From Acidimicrobiales bacterium (lineage in GTDB: Bacteria; Actinomycetota; Acidimicrobiia; Acidimicrobiales; VFJN01): a stretch of DNA of 64,000 nt. Below the pieces are notes generated by a model. That model had not been told where the DNA came from. It ran no database searches and saw only the letters and a list, made by a program, of their open reading frames with translations. Location of the stretch: assembly GCA_035316325.1 (NCBI GenBank), contig DATHJB010000058.1:10578-74577 (forward strand), written 5' to 3'. The position numbers and the translations under genes are program-made. This document shows positions 1 to 8,424 of this stretch, piece after piece; position 1 is the stretch's first letter; each line of letters starts with the position of its first letter.

Positions 1-824
1 CCGCGGCCGGCGAAAGCGATGAGCACCAGCTCGGCCAGGGCCACGAAACCGGCGGCCTTGGAGAGCACCGACAGGAACGCCGTGATCGGCGTGGGCGCGC
101 CCTCGTAGGTGTCGGGCGCCCACGTGTGGAACGGCACCGCCGACACCTTGAACCCGAAGCCGACCACGCAGAACACGATGGCCAGCGTGACGACCGGCAG
201 GCTCTCGCCGCCGGACAGGGCGGCGCCGATGTCGGCCAGCTTCGTGCTGCCCGTCACCCCGTAGAGCAGCGACATGCCGTACAGCAGGACCGCCGTGGCG
301 AACACGCCCATCAGGTAGTACTTGGCGCCGGCCTCGTTGCCCTTCACGTCGTTCTTGCGCCAGCCGGCCAGCAGGTAGGCGGGGATCGACAGCAGCTCGA
401 GCGCCACGAAGATCGTGATCAGGTCGCGGGCCGAGGCGATCACGGTCATGCCGAGGATCGACGACAGCAGCAGGAAGTAGTACTCGCCCTCGGCGTAGTC
501 GCCCTCCGCGATGTAGTTGGTGGAGAGCAGGACCACCACGTAGCCCGACACCAGGAACAGGGCCTTGAGGACGAGGGCGAAGTTGTCGACCGCGTAGGCG
601 CCGCCGAACATCTCGCGGTCCATGCCGTCGACCGCCAGGGTCAGCACCGGGATGGCCGCGCCCAGCAGGCCCAGGCCGGCCAGCGACGGCACCAGCCCCT
701 TGCGGCCCTCGGGCAGGAAGAGGTCGGCCAGCAGGACGACGACCAGCGTGCCCGTGAGCACGAGCTCGGGCGCGAGGGCATGCCAGTCGAGCGTCGGGCT
801 GACGAACTCTTGCGCTGCGAACAT
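1..824 (-). CDS. nuoN: NADH-quinone oxidoreductase subunit N, set 1 (EFG-less operon). The 3' end runs off the window.
   Basis: Own reverse-strand translation from the ATG at 824-822 gives MFAAQEFVSPTLDWHALAPELVLTGTLVVVLLADL...FKVSAVPFHTWAPDTYEGAPTPITAFLSV. These are antiporter-like NuoN motifs. The frame stays open to position 1, so it is absent from the ORF track (no stop in the window). Confidence 0.85.
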   Translation of the reverse strand, partial: MFAAQEFVSPTLDWHALAPELVLTGTLVVVLLADLFLPEGRKGLVPSLAGLGLLGAAIPVLTLAVDGMDREMFGGAYAVDNFALVLKALFLVSGYVVVLLSTNYIAEGDYAEGEYYFLLLSSILGMTVIASARDLITIFVALELLSIPAYLLAGWRKNDVKGNEAGAKYYLMGVFATAVLLYGMSLLYGVTGSTKLADIGAALSGGESLPVVTLAIVFCVVGFGFKVSAVPFHTWAPDTYEGAPTPITAFLSVLSKAAGFVALAELVLIAFAGR

Positions 825-837
825 CGTTCAGATCCTT

Positions 838-882
838 TCTGTCTTCGCTGGGCCGGCCATGGCCGGGTGAGCGAAGACAGAA
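838..882. repeat. Palindromic intergenic repeat, family 1, copy A (nuoM/nuoN spacer)
   Basis: A 12-bp perfect outer stem, TCTGTCTTCGCT / AGCGAAGACAGA, encloses the perfect palindrome CCGGCCATGGCCGG. The reverse complement matches copy B at 38 of 43 positions. Confidence 0.85.
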
Positions 883-889
883 CGACGGG

Positions 890-2461
890 TTAAGGGGTGG
901 CGGTGGCGGCCAGGTCGACGAAGCGGCCGGCCAGCGCGCTGAGGTTGTCGTCGGTCACGCCGAACACCAGGTTCGGGAACACGCCGATCGCGAGGATCAG
1001 CACCAGCATCGGCGTCCAGGCGATCCACTCGGGGATCGAGACGTCGGGCACCTCTTCGTCGGCGAACTCGGCGGAGGGCGTGCCGAACGCGGTCCGCTGG
1101 TAGAGCCACAGCAGGTAGCCGGCGGCGAACACCGTGCCCACGGCGGCGATCACCATGTAGACCCGGAACAGCTCGTCGCTCAGGCCAGGTGCCGGCTGGT
1201 AGGCCGACAGGATCGCCGGGAACTCGCCCCAGAACCCCGCCAGGCCCGGCAGGCCCAGCGACGCCATCGCCGTGAAGCCGAGGATCCAGCCCAGCTTCGG
1301 CGCCTGCACCAGCAGACCACCCAGACGCTTGATCTCCAGCGTGTGGTAGCGGTCCTTCACCGAGCCGGCGGCGAAGAAGAGCATGCCGGTGATGAGGCCG
1401 TGGGCGACCATCCCCATGACCGCGGCGTTCAGGCCGAAGTCGGTGAGGGTGGCGATGCCCAGCATCGTGAAGCCCATGTGCGACACCGACGAGAAGGCGA
1501 TGAGCCGTTTCATGTCGGTCTGCGCCAGGCAGGCGAGCGCGCCGTAGATGATGCCGACGACCGCCAGCCCGCCGATCCACGGTGCCCACGACACCGCGGC
1601 CTCGGGCAGGATCGGCAGCGCCACCCGCACGAAGCCGTAGGTGCCCAGCTTCAGCAGCACCGCGGCCAGGATCACCGAACCGACCGTCGGCGCCTGCGTG
1701 TGGGCGTCGGGCAGCCAGGTGTGGAATGGGAACATCGGCACCTTGATGCCGAAGCCCATGAACATGCCGCCGAAGATGATCAGCATCGTGGTGTGGCTGA
1801 TCGGGTCGATGCCGAAGGCGCCCGGATCGGCCACGCGGGCAGCCAGTTCGGGGATGGCGAACGTCTCGCCGCCGGTGAGGAAGAACAGCGCCAGGAAGCT
1901 GACGATCATCAGCGCCGAGCCGAACAGCGTGTAGAGGAAGAACTTGAGCGACGCGTACTGGCGCTGCTCACCGCCCCACACGCCGATCAGGAAGTACATC
2001 GGCAGCAGCACGACCTCGAAGAAGACGAAGAACAGGATGAGGTCCTGCGCCACGAACGTGCCGAGCATCCCGGTGTGGAGCACCAGGATGAGCATGAAGA
2101 ACGCCTTGGCGTTGCGCGGCTCGGGGAGGTGGTTCCAGCTGTAGATGATGCACAGCGGCACGATCAGCAGGGTCAGCGCCACCAGCGGCAGCGACAGGCC
2201 GTCGATGCCGAGGAAGAACTTGGAGTTGATGACGTCGATCCAGTCCTTGCGGACCTCGAACTGCATGACGGACGTCTGGTCGTAGTCGAAGTCGGCGAAG
2301 ACGGCGACGCCGAAGGCCGCGGCACCGAGCGAGGCGCCCAGCGCGACGAGCTTGTGCGCCTCCTCGTTGGCCTTGGGGATCAGCAGCATGACCAGGGCGC
2401 CTGCCAACGGCAGGAACACCATCCCGGTCAGACCCCAATCGGTCAGGAACTCGTTGTTCAT
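890..2461 (-). CDS. nuoM: NADH-quinone oxidoreductase subunit M, set 1
   Basis: 523-aa ORF, polytopic membrane protein. It carries NuoM/Mrp-antiporter motifs (FFLGIDGLSLPLV, FFVFFEVVLLPMYFLIG, PMFPFHTWLPDAHTQAPT). It sits between nuoL and nuoN. Confidence 0.95.
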   Translation of the reverse strand: MNNEFLTDWGLTGMVFLPLAGALVMLLIPKANEEAHKLVALGASLGAAAFGVAVFADFDYDQTSVMQFEVRKDWIDVINSKFFLGIDGLSLPLVALTLLIVPLCIIYSWNHLPEPRNAKAFFMLILVLHTGMLGTFVAQDLILFFVFFEVVLLPMYFLIGVWGGEQRQYASLKFFLYTLFGSALMIVSFLALFFLTGGETFAIPELAARVADPGAFGIDPISHTTMLIIFGGMFMGFGIKVPMFPFHTWLPDAHTQAPTVGSVILAAVLLKLGTYGFVRVALPILPEAAVSWAPWIGGLAVVGIIYGALACLAQTDMKRLIAFSSVSHMGFTMLGIATLTDFGLNAAVMGMVAHGLITGMLFFAAGSVKDRYHTLEIKRLGGLLVQAPKLGWILGFTAMASLGLPGLAGFWGEFPAILSAYQPAPGLSDELFRVYMVIAAVGTVFAAGYLLWLYQRTAFGTPSAEFADEEVPDVSIPEWIAWTPMLVLILAIGVFPNLVFGVTDDNLSALAGRFVDLAATATP

Positions 2462-2485
2462 CGTCGGGAACCTTTGGCCTTGCTG

Positions 2486-4630
2486 TCAGATGAAGAGGAT
2501 GAGGGCGCCGGCGAACAGGGCGGTGGCGCCGAACAGGAGCGCGCCGTACTGCTGGACCTTGCCGGAGGTGAGGCGTCGGAAGAGCTGGCCGCCGCCTTCT
2601 GCGGCGAAGCCGGAGCCGTCGACGACGTTGTCGACGATCCCCTGGTCGATGCGGTTGTAGACGAAACGGCCGACCACGGTGGTGATGCGGCCGGCACCGT
2701 TGACGATGCCGTCGATCACGTTCTGGTTGACCCAGTTGGCGGCCCGGGCGATCGGGCCCTTGAAGGCACCGGCGATGCCGTCGGTGTAGAGGCGGTCGAA
2801 GTAGTACTTGTTCTCCAGCAGCGTGAAGCCGGCGCGGGCGGGGCGCGACCGCTGGGTGATGCCGTGGGGACCGGCGCCCTTCCAGAACCACAGGTACGCC
2901 AGGCCGATGCCGATCAGGCCGATCAGCGAGCTGAGGATGGCGATGCCCCAGCTGAACTCGGGGACGTCGAACACGGGGAGCACGCTCGGGAAGTAGGCAC
3001 CCTTGGGCTCGTAGAAGTGCTCGAAGCGCAGCTCGACGCTGTCGGGCGACAGGGCCGCGGGGAGGTTGGCGAAGCCGGCGACCACCGCGAGCCCGGAGAG
3101 GATGTAGAGCGGCGCCACGATCCGGGGCCCCGACTCGTGCGGGTGGCCATGACCGCGGTACTCGCCGAAGAACGTGAGGTAGACGACGCGGGTCATGTAG
3201 GCGGCGGTCATGAAGGCGCCGGTGATGCCCACGATCATGAACGCCGTGTAGTTCCCCTCGCCGCCGAGCTGGGCCGCGCCGGCGAGGATCTCGTCCTTCG
3301 ACCAGAAGCCGGCCAGCGGGAAGATGCCGATCAGCGCGGCGGTCGCCACGAGGAACGTCCGGTAGGTGTGCGGCATCCACTTGCGGAGGCCGCCCATGTC
3401 CTTCTTCATGTCGAAGCTGTGGACGGCGTGGCTCACCGAGCCGGAGCCGAGGAACAGGGAGGCCTTGAAGAAGGCGTGGGTGAAGAGGTGGAAGAACGCC
3501 GCGGTCCAGGCGCCGACGCCCAGCGCCATCACCATGTAGCCGAGCTGGCTGACCGTGGAGTAGGCGAGCACCTTCTTGATGTCGTTCTGGACGAAGGCGA
3601 GGAGGGCGCCGCCGATCACCGTGATGCCGCCGACGACGGCCAGGGCGTTCACGCTGGAGACGCCGATCTGGAGCCCCTCGAAGAACACCCCGTAGAGGCG
3701 GCCGACCATGTAGATGCCGGCGACCACCATCGTCGCCGCGTGGATCAGCGCCGAGACGGGCGTCGGGCCGGCCATGGCGTCGGGCAGCCAGGTGTGCAGG
3801 ATGAACTGGCCCGACTTCGACATCACCGCCGCGAGCAGGCTCAGGCTCGCCACGAGCAGGGCGAGGTGGGTGATGCTGCCGTCGAGCGCCCGGGCGTTGA
3901 TCTCCTCGATGTCGAACGTGTTCCCGGCGGCGAAGAAGAGGGTGATCACGCCGCACAGCAGGCCGACGTCGCCGACGCGGTTGGTGATGAACGCCTTCAG
4001 GGCGGCGTCGCTGTTGGGCTTCTCCTCCCACCAGTGGCCGATCAGCGCGAAGGAGCAGACGCCGACCAGCTCCCAGCAGACGATCAGCTGGAGGGTGCTC
4101 TTGGCCATGATCAGGCCGAGCATCGACGCCGTGAACAGGGAGAGGAAGGCGAAGAAGTGGGTGTAGCGGCGGTCGCCGGCGACGTAGTCGGTGGAGTAGA
4201 CGTGCACCAGCAGCGACACCAGCGTCACCACGAACAGCATCATCACCGCGGGGCCGTCGAGCAGCATCCCGACCTTGATGTCGACGCCGCCGTTCTGGAA
4301 CCAGGTGACCTCTTCGGTCACTGGCGGGACCTCGAAGTGGTGCCCGGCCTCCTCCTCTTCGGCGGCGAGGGCGACGGGGGCCGCGGACTCACCGGTGGCG
4401 AGGGCGTGCTCCTCCTCGACCACTTCCTCGGAGTGCTGCTCGGACTCGTGCTCGGCGTCGGCGACGTGGTCGAACCACTGGAAGTTGGTGACCAGGGCCA
4501 GCACGAAGGCGATGCCGACCGCGGCGATGCCGATCTCGCTGCCCTTGCGGGGCATCCGCTTGCCGAAGAACAGGATCAGGAAGAACGAGGCCGCGGGGAT
4601 GAGCGGGATGATCCAGGCGTTGTCGAGCAC
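2486..4630 (-). CDS. nuoL: NADH-quinone oxidoreductase subunit L, set 1, with an extra His/Glu-rich loop
   Basis: 714-aa ORF with a GTG start. NuoL motifs are present (WELVGVCSFALIGHWW, HTWLPDAMAGPTPVSALIHAATMV, long C-terminal helix region). An insert of roughly 45 aa after TM2 is absent from the second NuoL in the window. Confidence 0.95.
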   Translation of the reverse strand: MLDNAWIIPLIPAASFFLILFFGKRMPRKGSEIGIAAVGIAFVLALVTNFQWFDHVADAEHESEQHSEEVVEEEHALATGESAAPVALAAEEEEAGHHFEVPPVTEEVTWFQNGGVDIKVGMLLDGPAVMMLFVVTLVSLLVHVYSTDYVAGDRRYTHFFAFLSLFTASMLGLIMAKSTLQLIVCWELVGVCSFALIGHWWEEKPNSDAALKAFITNRVGDVGLLCGVITLFFAAGNTFDIEEINARALDGSITHLALLVASLSLLAAVMSKSGQFILHTWLPDAMAGPTPVSALIHAATMVVAGIYMVGRLYGVFFEGLQIGVSSVNALAVVGGITVIGGALLAFVQNDIKKVLAYSTVSQLGYMVMALGVGAWTAAFFHLFTHAFFKASLFLGSGSVSHAVHSFDMKKDMGGLRKWMPHTYRTFLVATAALIGIFPLAGFWSKDEILAGAAQLGGEGNYTAFMIVGITGAFMTAAYMTRVVYLTFFGEYRGHGHPHESGPRIVAPLYILSGLAVVAGFANLPAALSPDSVELRFEHFYEPKGAYFPSVLPVFDVPEFSWGIAILSSLIGLIGIGLAYLWFWKGAGPHGITQRSRPARAGFTLLENKYYFDRLYTDGIAGAFKGPIARAANWVNQNVIDGIVNGAGRITTVVGRFVYNRIDQGIVDNVVDGSGFAAEGGGQLFRRLTSGKVQQYGALLFGATALFAGALILFI

Positions 4631-4640
4631 GATCGGTCCC

Positions 4641-4985
4641 TCAGCCCTTCATGGCGTCGACGTCGTTGAGGTCGACGCTGTGGCGGTTGCGGTAGATGAT
4701 CAGGACGATCGCCAGGCCCACCCCGACCTCGGCGGCGGCGACGGCGATCACGAAGAGGGCGAACACGGAGCCGGTGATGTCGCCGAAGCGGGCGCCGAAG
4801 GCCAGCAGGTTGATGTTGACGGCGTTCAGGATCAGCTCGATCGACATCAGCACCATCACCGCGTTGCGGCGGGACAGCACCCCGTAGACCCCGATGCAGA
4901 ACAGCGCCGCGCCCAGCAGCAGGAACTGGTTGAGCATCAGGCCGTCGTTGCCGGCCGCGGCCTCCTGGACCTGTTGGGCGAGCAT
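4641..4985 (-). CDS. nuoK: NADH-quinone oxidoreductase subunit K, set 1
   Basis: 114-aa ORF with three TM helices and a NuoK core (LSRRNAVMVLMSIELILNAVNINLLAF). Its ATG overlaps the nuoJ stop (ATGA at 4985). An internal Met (MLNQF) is an alternative start. Confidence 0.9.
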   Translation of the reverse strand: MLAQQVQEAAAGNDGLMLNQFLLLGAALFCIGVYGVLSRRNAVMVLMSIELILNAVNINLLAFGARFGDITGSVFALFVIAVAAAEVGVGLAIVLIIYRNRHSVDLNDVDAMKG

Positions 4986-5542
4986 CAGCCGCGGTCCTTC
5001 CGTGCCAGGACGATGGCGCCGACCAGCGCGGCGGTGAGCAGCACCGACACCACCTCGAACGGGATCAGGTAGGTCGTGAAGATGGAATCGCTCAGCGTCG
5101 ACGTGTTGCTGGGGCCCGTGGCGTCGACGACGTTCTCGATCCGGATGTCGTCGGGCAGCTGCTCGTCACCCCAGTAGTCGATCAGGGCGTAGCCCATCAC
5201 CCCGACCAGCAGGACCGCCGTGGCCAGGCCCACCCACCAGTTGTCGTTGGTGAGGTCGACCTCGCGGCCGATCCGCGCCCGGGTGAGCATGATGCCGAAC
5301 AGCATCAGCACCATGATCGCCCCGATGTAGACGAGGATCTGGGTGACCGCCACGAACTCGGCGGCCAGCAGCAGGTAGATGCCGACGATGCTGGCGAACA
5401 CCGTGATCAGGTAGAGCGCCGCCCGCACCACGTTCTTGGTGGTCACCACCGCGATCGCCGCGCCGATGATCACCGCGGCCATCAGGTAGAAGAAGATGCT
5501 CTGGGCGACCGGGGTGCTCGCCACGAGGGCCGGGGCGCTCAT
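4985..5542 (-). CDS. nuoJ: NADH-quinone oxidoreductase subunit J, set 1
   Basis: Begins at the internal ATG at 5542 of ORF 4985..6043: MSAPALVASTPVAQSIFFYLMAAVIIGAAIAVVTTKNVVRAALYL... This is typical NuoJ. The upstream 167 codons of the ORF are an Arg/Pro/Ser-rich read-through overlapping nuoI. Confidence 0.85.
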   Translation of the reverse strand: MSAPALVASTPVAQSIFFYLMAAVIIGAAIAVVTTKNVVRAALYLITVFASIVGIYLLLAAEFVAVTQILVYIGAIMVLMLFGIMLTRARIGREVDLTNDNWWVGLATAVLLVGVMGYALIDYWGDEQLPDDIRIENVVDATGPSNTSTLSDSIFTTYLIPFEVVSVLLTAALVGAIVLARKDRG

Positions 5543-5620
5543 CGCTTCCCGCTCCTGGTGCTTCGCGCCGGGCCGCTCGGGCCACGCTCGCTCTGCGCCG
5601 GGCTTCGCTCGGGGGGCCTC
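5543..5620 (-). repeat. Dispersed GC-rich repeat, family 2, copy X (nuoI/nuoJ spacer)
   Basis: The minus strand reads ...GAGCGAAGCCCGGCGCAGAGCGAGCGTGGCCCGAGCGGCCCGGCGCGAAGCACCAGGAGCGGGAAGCG. It shares the exact 19-mer CGTGGCCCGAGCGGCCCGG and the exact 16-mer CCAGGAGCGGGAAGCG with copy Y. Confidence 0.8.
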
Positions 5621-5639
5621 GCTGCAGACGGATGCTCGC

Positions 5640-6194
5640 TCATCGCGGCACTTTCCGGGGCTTCTGGTCGGAGCCGGACTCGTAGGCCTCGAAGTCGGGC
5701 ACGGCCTGCATCCACTCGCCGAGGCGTTCCTTGTCGTGGAGCAGGTCGGCCAGGCGCAGCTCGGAGTACTCGTACTCGGGGCTCCAGAACATGGCGTCGA
5801 ACGGGCACACCTCGACGCAGATGCCGCAGTACATGCAGAGCGCGTAGTCGATGTCGAAGCGGTCGAGCTTGCTGACCGTGCGGGGCTTGCCCCCGGGTCG
5901 ACGCGGCGGGGCGGTGTCCTTGTGGCCCTCGATGTAGATGCACCAGTCGGGGCAGCTGCGCGCGCACAGCATGCAGACGGTGCAGTTCTCCTCCTTGAGG
6001 GCGATGACGCCGCGGGACCGGTTGGCCGGCGTCTCCTTCTCATGGGGGTACTGGACGGTGACCGCGCCCTTCGACGGGGCGGGGATCAGCGTCTTCAGGC
6101 CGCGCGCCGGGAACGTGGTCTTCACCATCGTCTTGAGGGTGACGCCCAGGCCCTTCACCAGCCCGGGAACCTTGGGAGCAGGAACCTTGCCCAT
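5640..6194 (-). CDS. nuoI: NADH-quinone oxidoreductase subunit I (2x[4Fe-4S]), set 1
   Basis: 184-aa ORF with two ferredoxin-type motifs: CTVCMLCARSCP and CMYCGICVEVCP. Confidence 0.95.
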   Translation of the reverse strand: MGKVPAPKVPGLVKGLGVTLKTMVKTTFPARGLKTLIPAPSKGAVTVQYPHEKETPANRSRGVIALKEENCTVCMLCARSCPDWCIYIEGHKDTAPPRRPGGKPRTVSKLDRFDIDYALCMYCGICVEVCPFDAMFWSPEYEYSELRLADLLHDKERLGEWMQAVPDFEAYESGSDQKPRKVPR

Positions 6195-6208
6195 CAGTGC
6201 ACGACCTT

Positions 6209-7255
6209 CTAGAACGCGACCTTGAGTGCCATGGTCGCCAGGATGTTGACCAGGGACAGCGGGATGAGGATCTTCCAGGCCAGCTGCTGCAGCTGGTCCT
6301 CCCGGAAGCGGGGGTACGTGAACCGCACCCAGAAGACCAGGAAGGCGACGAACATCATCTTCGCCAGCAGCACCACGGGGCCGACGACGTTCATCCAGTC
6401 GGCGCCGTTGTCGAGGAACGGGACGCTCCAGCCGCCGAGGAACAGCGTGGCGGCGACCGCCGAGAAGGCGCCGGCGCTGGCGAACTCGCCGATGAAGAAC
6501 AGCAGGAAGCGCAGGCCCGAGTACTCGGTCATGTAGCCGGAGACCAGCTCCGACTCGGCGACCGGCATGTCGAACGGCGTCTGCGTGAGCTCGGCCTGCA
6601 TGGCGATGAGGAAGATCAGGAAGCCGATCGCCTGCGTGATGATGAACGGGTTGCCGATGCCGCTCCAGCCGAAGATCTCACCGTCGGCCTGGGCGGCGAC
6701 GATGCCCTGCATGTTGAGGGTGCCGGCCTGGATCACCACGCCGACGACGGCCAGCACCATCGGCAGCTCGTAGGCGATCAGCTGGCCCGCGGCCCGGAGA
6801 CCGCCGAGCAGCGAGTACTTGTTGGCCGACGACCAGCCGGCCACGAGGATGCCGATCACGCTGACCGACGACACCGCCAGCACCCAGAAGATGCCGACGT
6901 TGAAGTCGACGAACCAGGCGTCGGGCCCGAACGGCACCACCAGGTACACCAGGAAGACCGAGGCGATCACGATGTACGGGGCGAAGGCGAACAGCCGGCG
7001 GTCGGCCCGCCAGGGGATGATGTCCTCCTTCTGGATGAACTTGCCGACCTCGGCCAGCAGCTGCAGCGAGCCGTAGGGGCCGGCCTCCATGGGGCCGAGG
7101 CGGCTCTGCATGAAGCTCATCATCTTGAAGAGGAAGACGTAGACGAACGTCCCGGCGGGCAGCAGCACGGCCAGGAGCACGGCGATGGAGCGCAGGCTGG
7201 TCTGCATCCACCAGGCCAGCTCGGCGAGGACGAGGGGGGCGGTCGTGGCGATCAT
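6209..7255 (-). CDS. nuoH: NADH-quinone oxidoreductase subunit H, set 1
   Basis: 348-aa polytopic ORF with NuoH/ND1 motifs (RLGPMEAGPYGSLQLLAE, ELTQTPFDMPVAESELVSGYMTEYSG). Its ATG overlaps the nuoD stop. Confidence 0.95.
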   Translation of the reverse strand: MIATTAPLVLAELAWWMQTSLRSIAVLLAVLLPAGTFVYVFLFKMMSFMQSRLGPMEAGPYGSLQLLAEVGKFIQKEDIIPWRADRRLFAFAPYIVIASVFLVYLVVPFGPDAWFVDFNVGIFWVLAVSSVSVIGILVAGWSSANKYSLLGGLRAAGQLIAYELPMVLAVVGVVIQAGTLNMQGIVAAQADGEIFGWSGIGNPFIITQAIGFLIFLIAMQAELTQTPFDMPVAESELVSGYMTEYSGLRFLLFFIGEFASAGAFSAVAATLFLGGWSVPFLDNGADWMNVVGPVVLLAKMMFVAFLVFWVRFTYPRFREDQLQQLAWKILIPLSLVNILATMALKVAF

Positions 7256-8424
7256 CGGTCGATGTCCCCGAGGATGAAGTAGAGGCTGGCGAGGATCGTG
7301 ATGATGTCGGGCACGTAGACGCCCTTCAGCATCCAGGGCAGCACCGAGACGTTGGAGAAGCTGGCCGTGCGGATCTTCACCCGGAACGGGCCGAGGTCGC
7401 CCTTGCTCACCACGTAGTAGCCCATCTCGCCCAGCGGGTTCTCGGTGGTGACGTAGGCCTCGCCCGCCGGCACCTTGATGATGCGGGGGACCTTGGCCAT
7501 GATCGGCCCGCCCGGCAGCTTGTCGCAGAGCTGGTCGACGATCTTGGTCGCCTCCCGGGTCTCCTGCAGGCGGACCCAGCAGCGGGCGAAGCTGTCGCCG
7601 TCGGGGTGGGTCCAGACCCGCCAGTCGACGTCGTCGTGGGCCAGGCCCACCTTTGTGTCGCGCCGCAGGTCCCAGTCGATGCCGGACGCCCGGGCGTTGG
7701 CACCGGTGAGGCCGTACGACAGGGCCACGTCGGCGGGGATCACGCCGACGCCGCGGGTGCGGGCCTCGAAGATCTCGTTGCCGAACAGCAGGTCCTCGAT
7801 CTCGTCGCAGAAGCCGCGCATGCGCTCCATGACGGCCTTGGTGTCGGCGATCCAGCCCTTGGGCAGGTCGTCCTTGAGGCCACCGATGCGGTCGAAGTTG
7901 GGGTGGAAGCGACCGCCGGTGACGGACTCGATCTGGTCGAGCACGTGCTCCCGGTCGCGGAAGGCGTAGAAGGCCGGGGTGACGGCGCCGAGCTGCACGC
8001 CAAGGTCGCCCAGGAACAGCACGATGTTGGCCACCCGGGCCATCTCGAAGAGGATCGTGCGGATGTACGTGGCCCGGGGCGGGGCCTCGATGTCCATCAG
8101 CTGCTCGGCGGCCAGGATGAACGGCACCTCGTTGGCGAAGCTGCCCAGCCAGTCGATGCGGTTCACCAGGGTGGTGACCTGCGGGTAGGTGCGGACCTCG
8201 CAGAGCTTCTCGTAGCCCCGGTGCATGTAGCCGGGGGCGACGTCGGCCCAGACGACCTGCTCGCCGTCGAGCTTGGCGATCACCCGGAGCGTGCCGTGGG
8301 TGGCGGGGTGCTGGGGGCCGAGGTTGAGGGTCATGCCCTCGTCGGTCTCCAGCTCGACGTTCACCCGCATGTCGGCGGCCTGCGAGTCGATGTAGGCCCG
8401 GGCCTGGCGGTCGGTGACGCTCAC
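7252..8424 (-). CDS. nuoD: NADH-quinone oxidoreductase subunit D, set 1
   Basis: The GTG at 8424 overlaps the nuoC stop (GTGA). The translation [11 protein letters not shown]...MTLNLGPQHPATHGTLRVIAKLDGE...FYFILGDIDR is typical NuoD. The rest of ORF 7252..9021 is upstream read-through. Confidence 0.9.
   Translation of the reverse strand: MSVTDRQARAYIDSQAADMRVNVELETDEGMTLNLGPQHPATHGTLRVIAKLDGEQVVWADVAPGYMHRGYEKLCEVRTYPQVTTLVNRIDWLGSFANEVPFILAAEQLMDIEAPPRATYIRTILFEMARVANIVLFLGDLGVQLGAVTPAFYAFRDREHVLDQIESVTGGRFHPNFDRIGGLKDDLPKGWIADTKAVMERMRGFCDEIEDLLFGNEIFEARTRGVGVIPADVALSYGLTGANARASGIDWDLRRDTKVGLAHDDVDWRVWTHPDGDSFARCWVRLQETREATKIVDQLCDKLPGGPIMAKVPRIIKVPAGEAYVTTENPLGEMGYYVVSKGDLGPFRVKIRTASFSNVSVLPWMLKGVYVPDIITILASLYFILGDIDR

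Noticed and set aside
1343-4669. Very long plus-strand ORFs antisense to nuo and other genes. Examples are 1343..4669 (1108 aa), 10129..12111, 16707..18410, 18629..20698, 23317..25998, 33624..35501, 40271..41965 and 58562..60265.
   Set aside because: Their translations are dominated by Arg, Gly, Asp, His, Glu and Pro with no motifs. Each lies exactly opposite a gene with unmistakable conserved motifs. Stop codons are rare in all frames at this GC content, so these are shadow ORFs.
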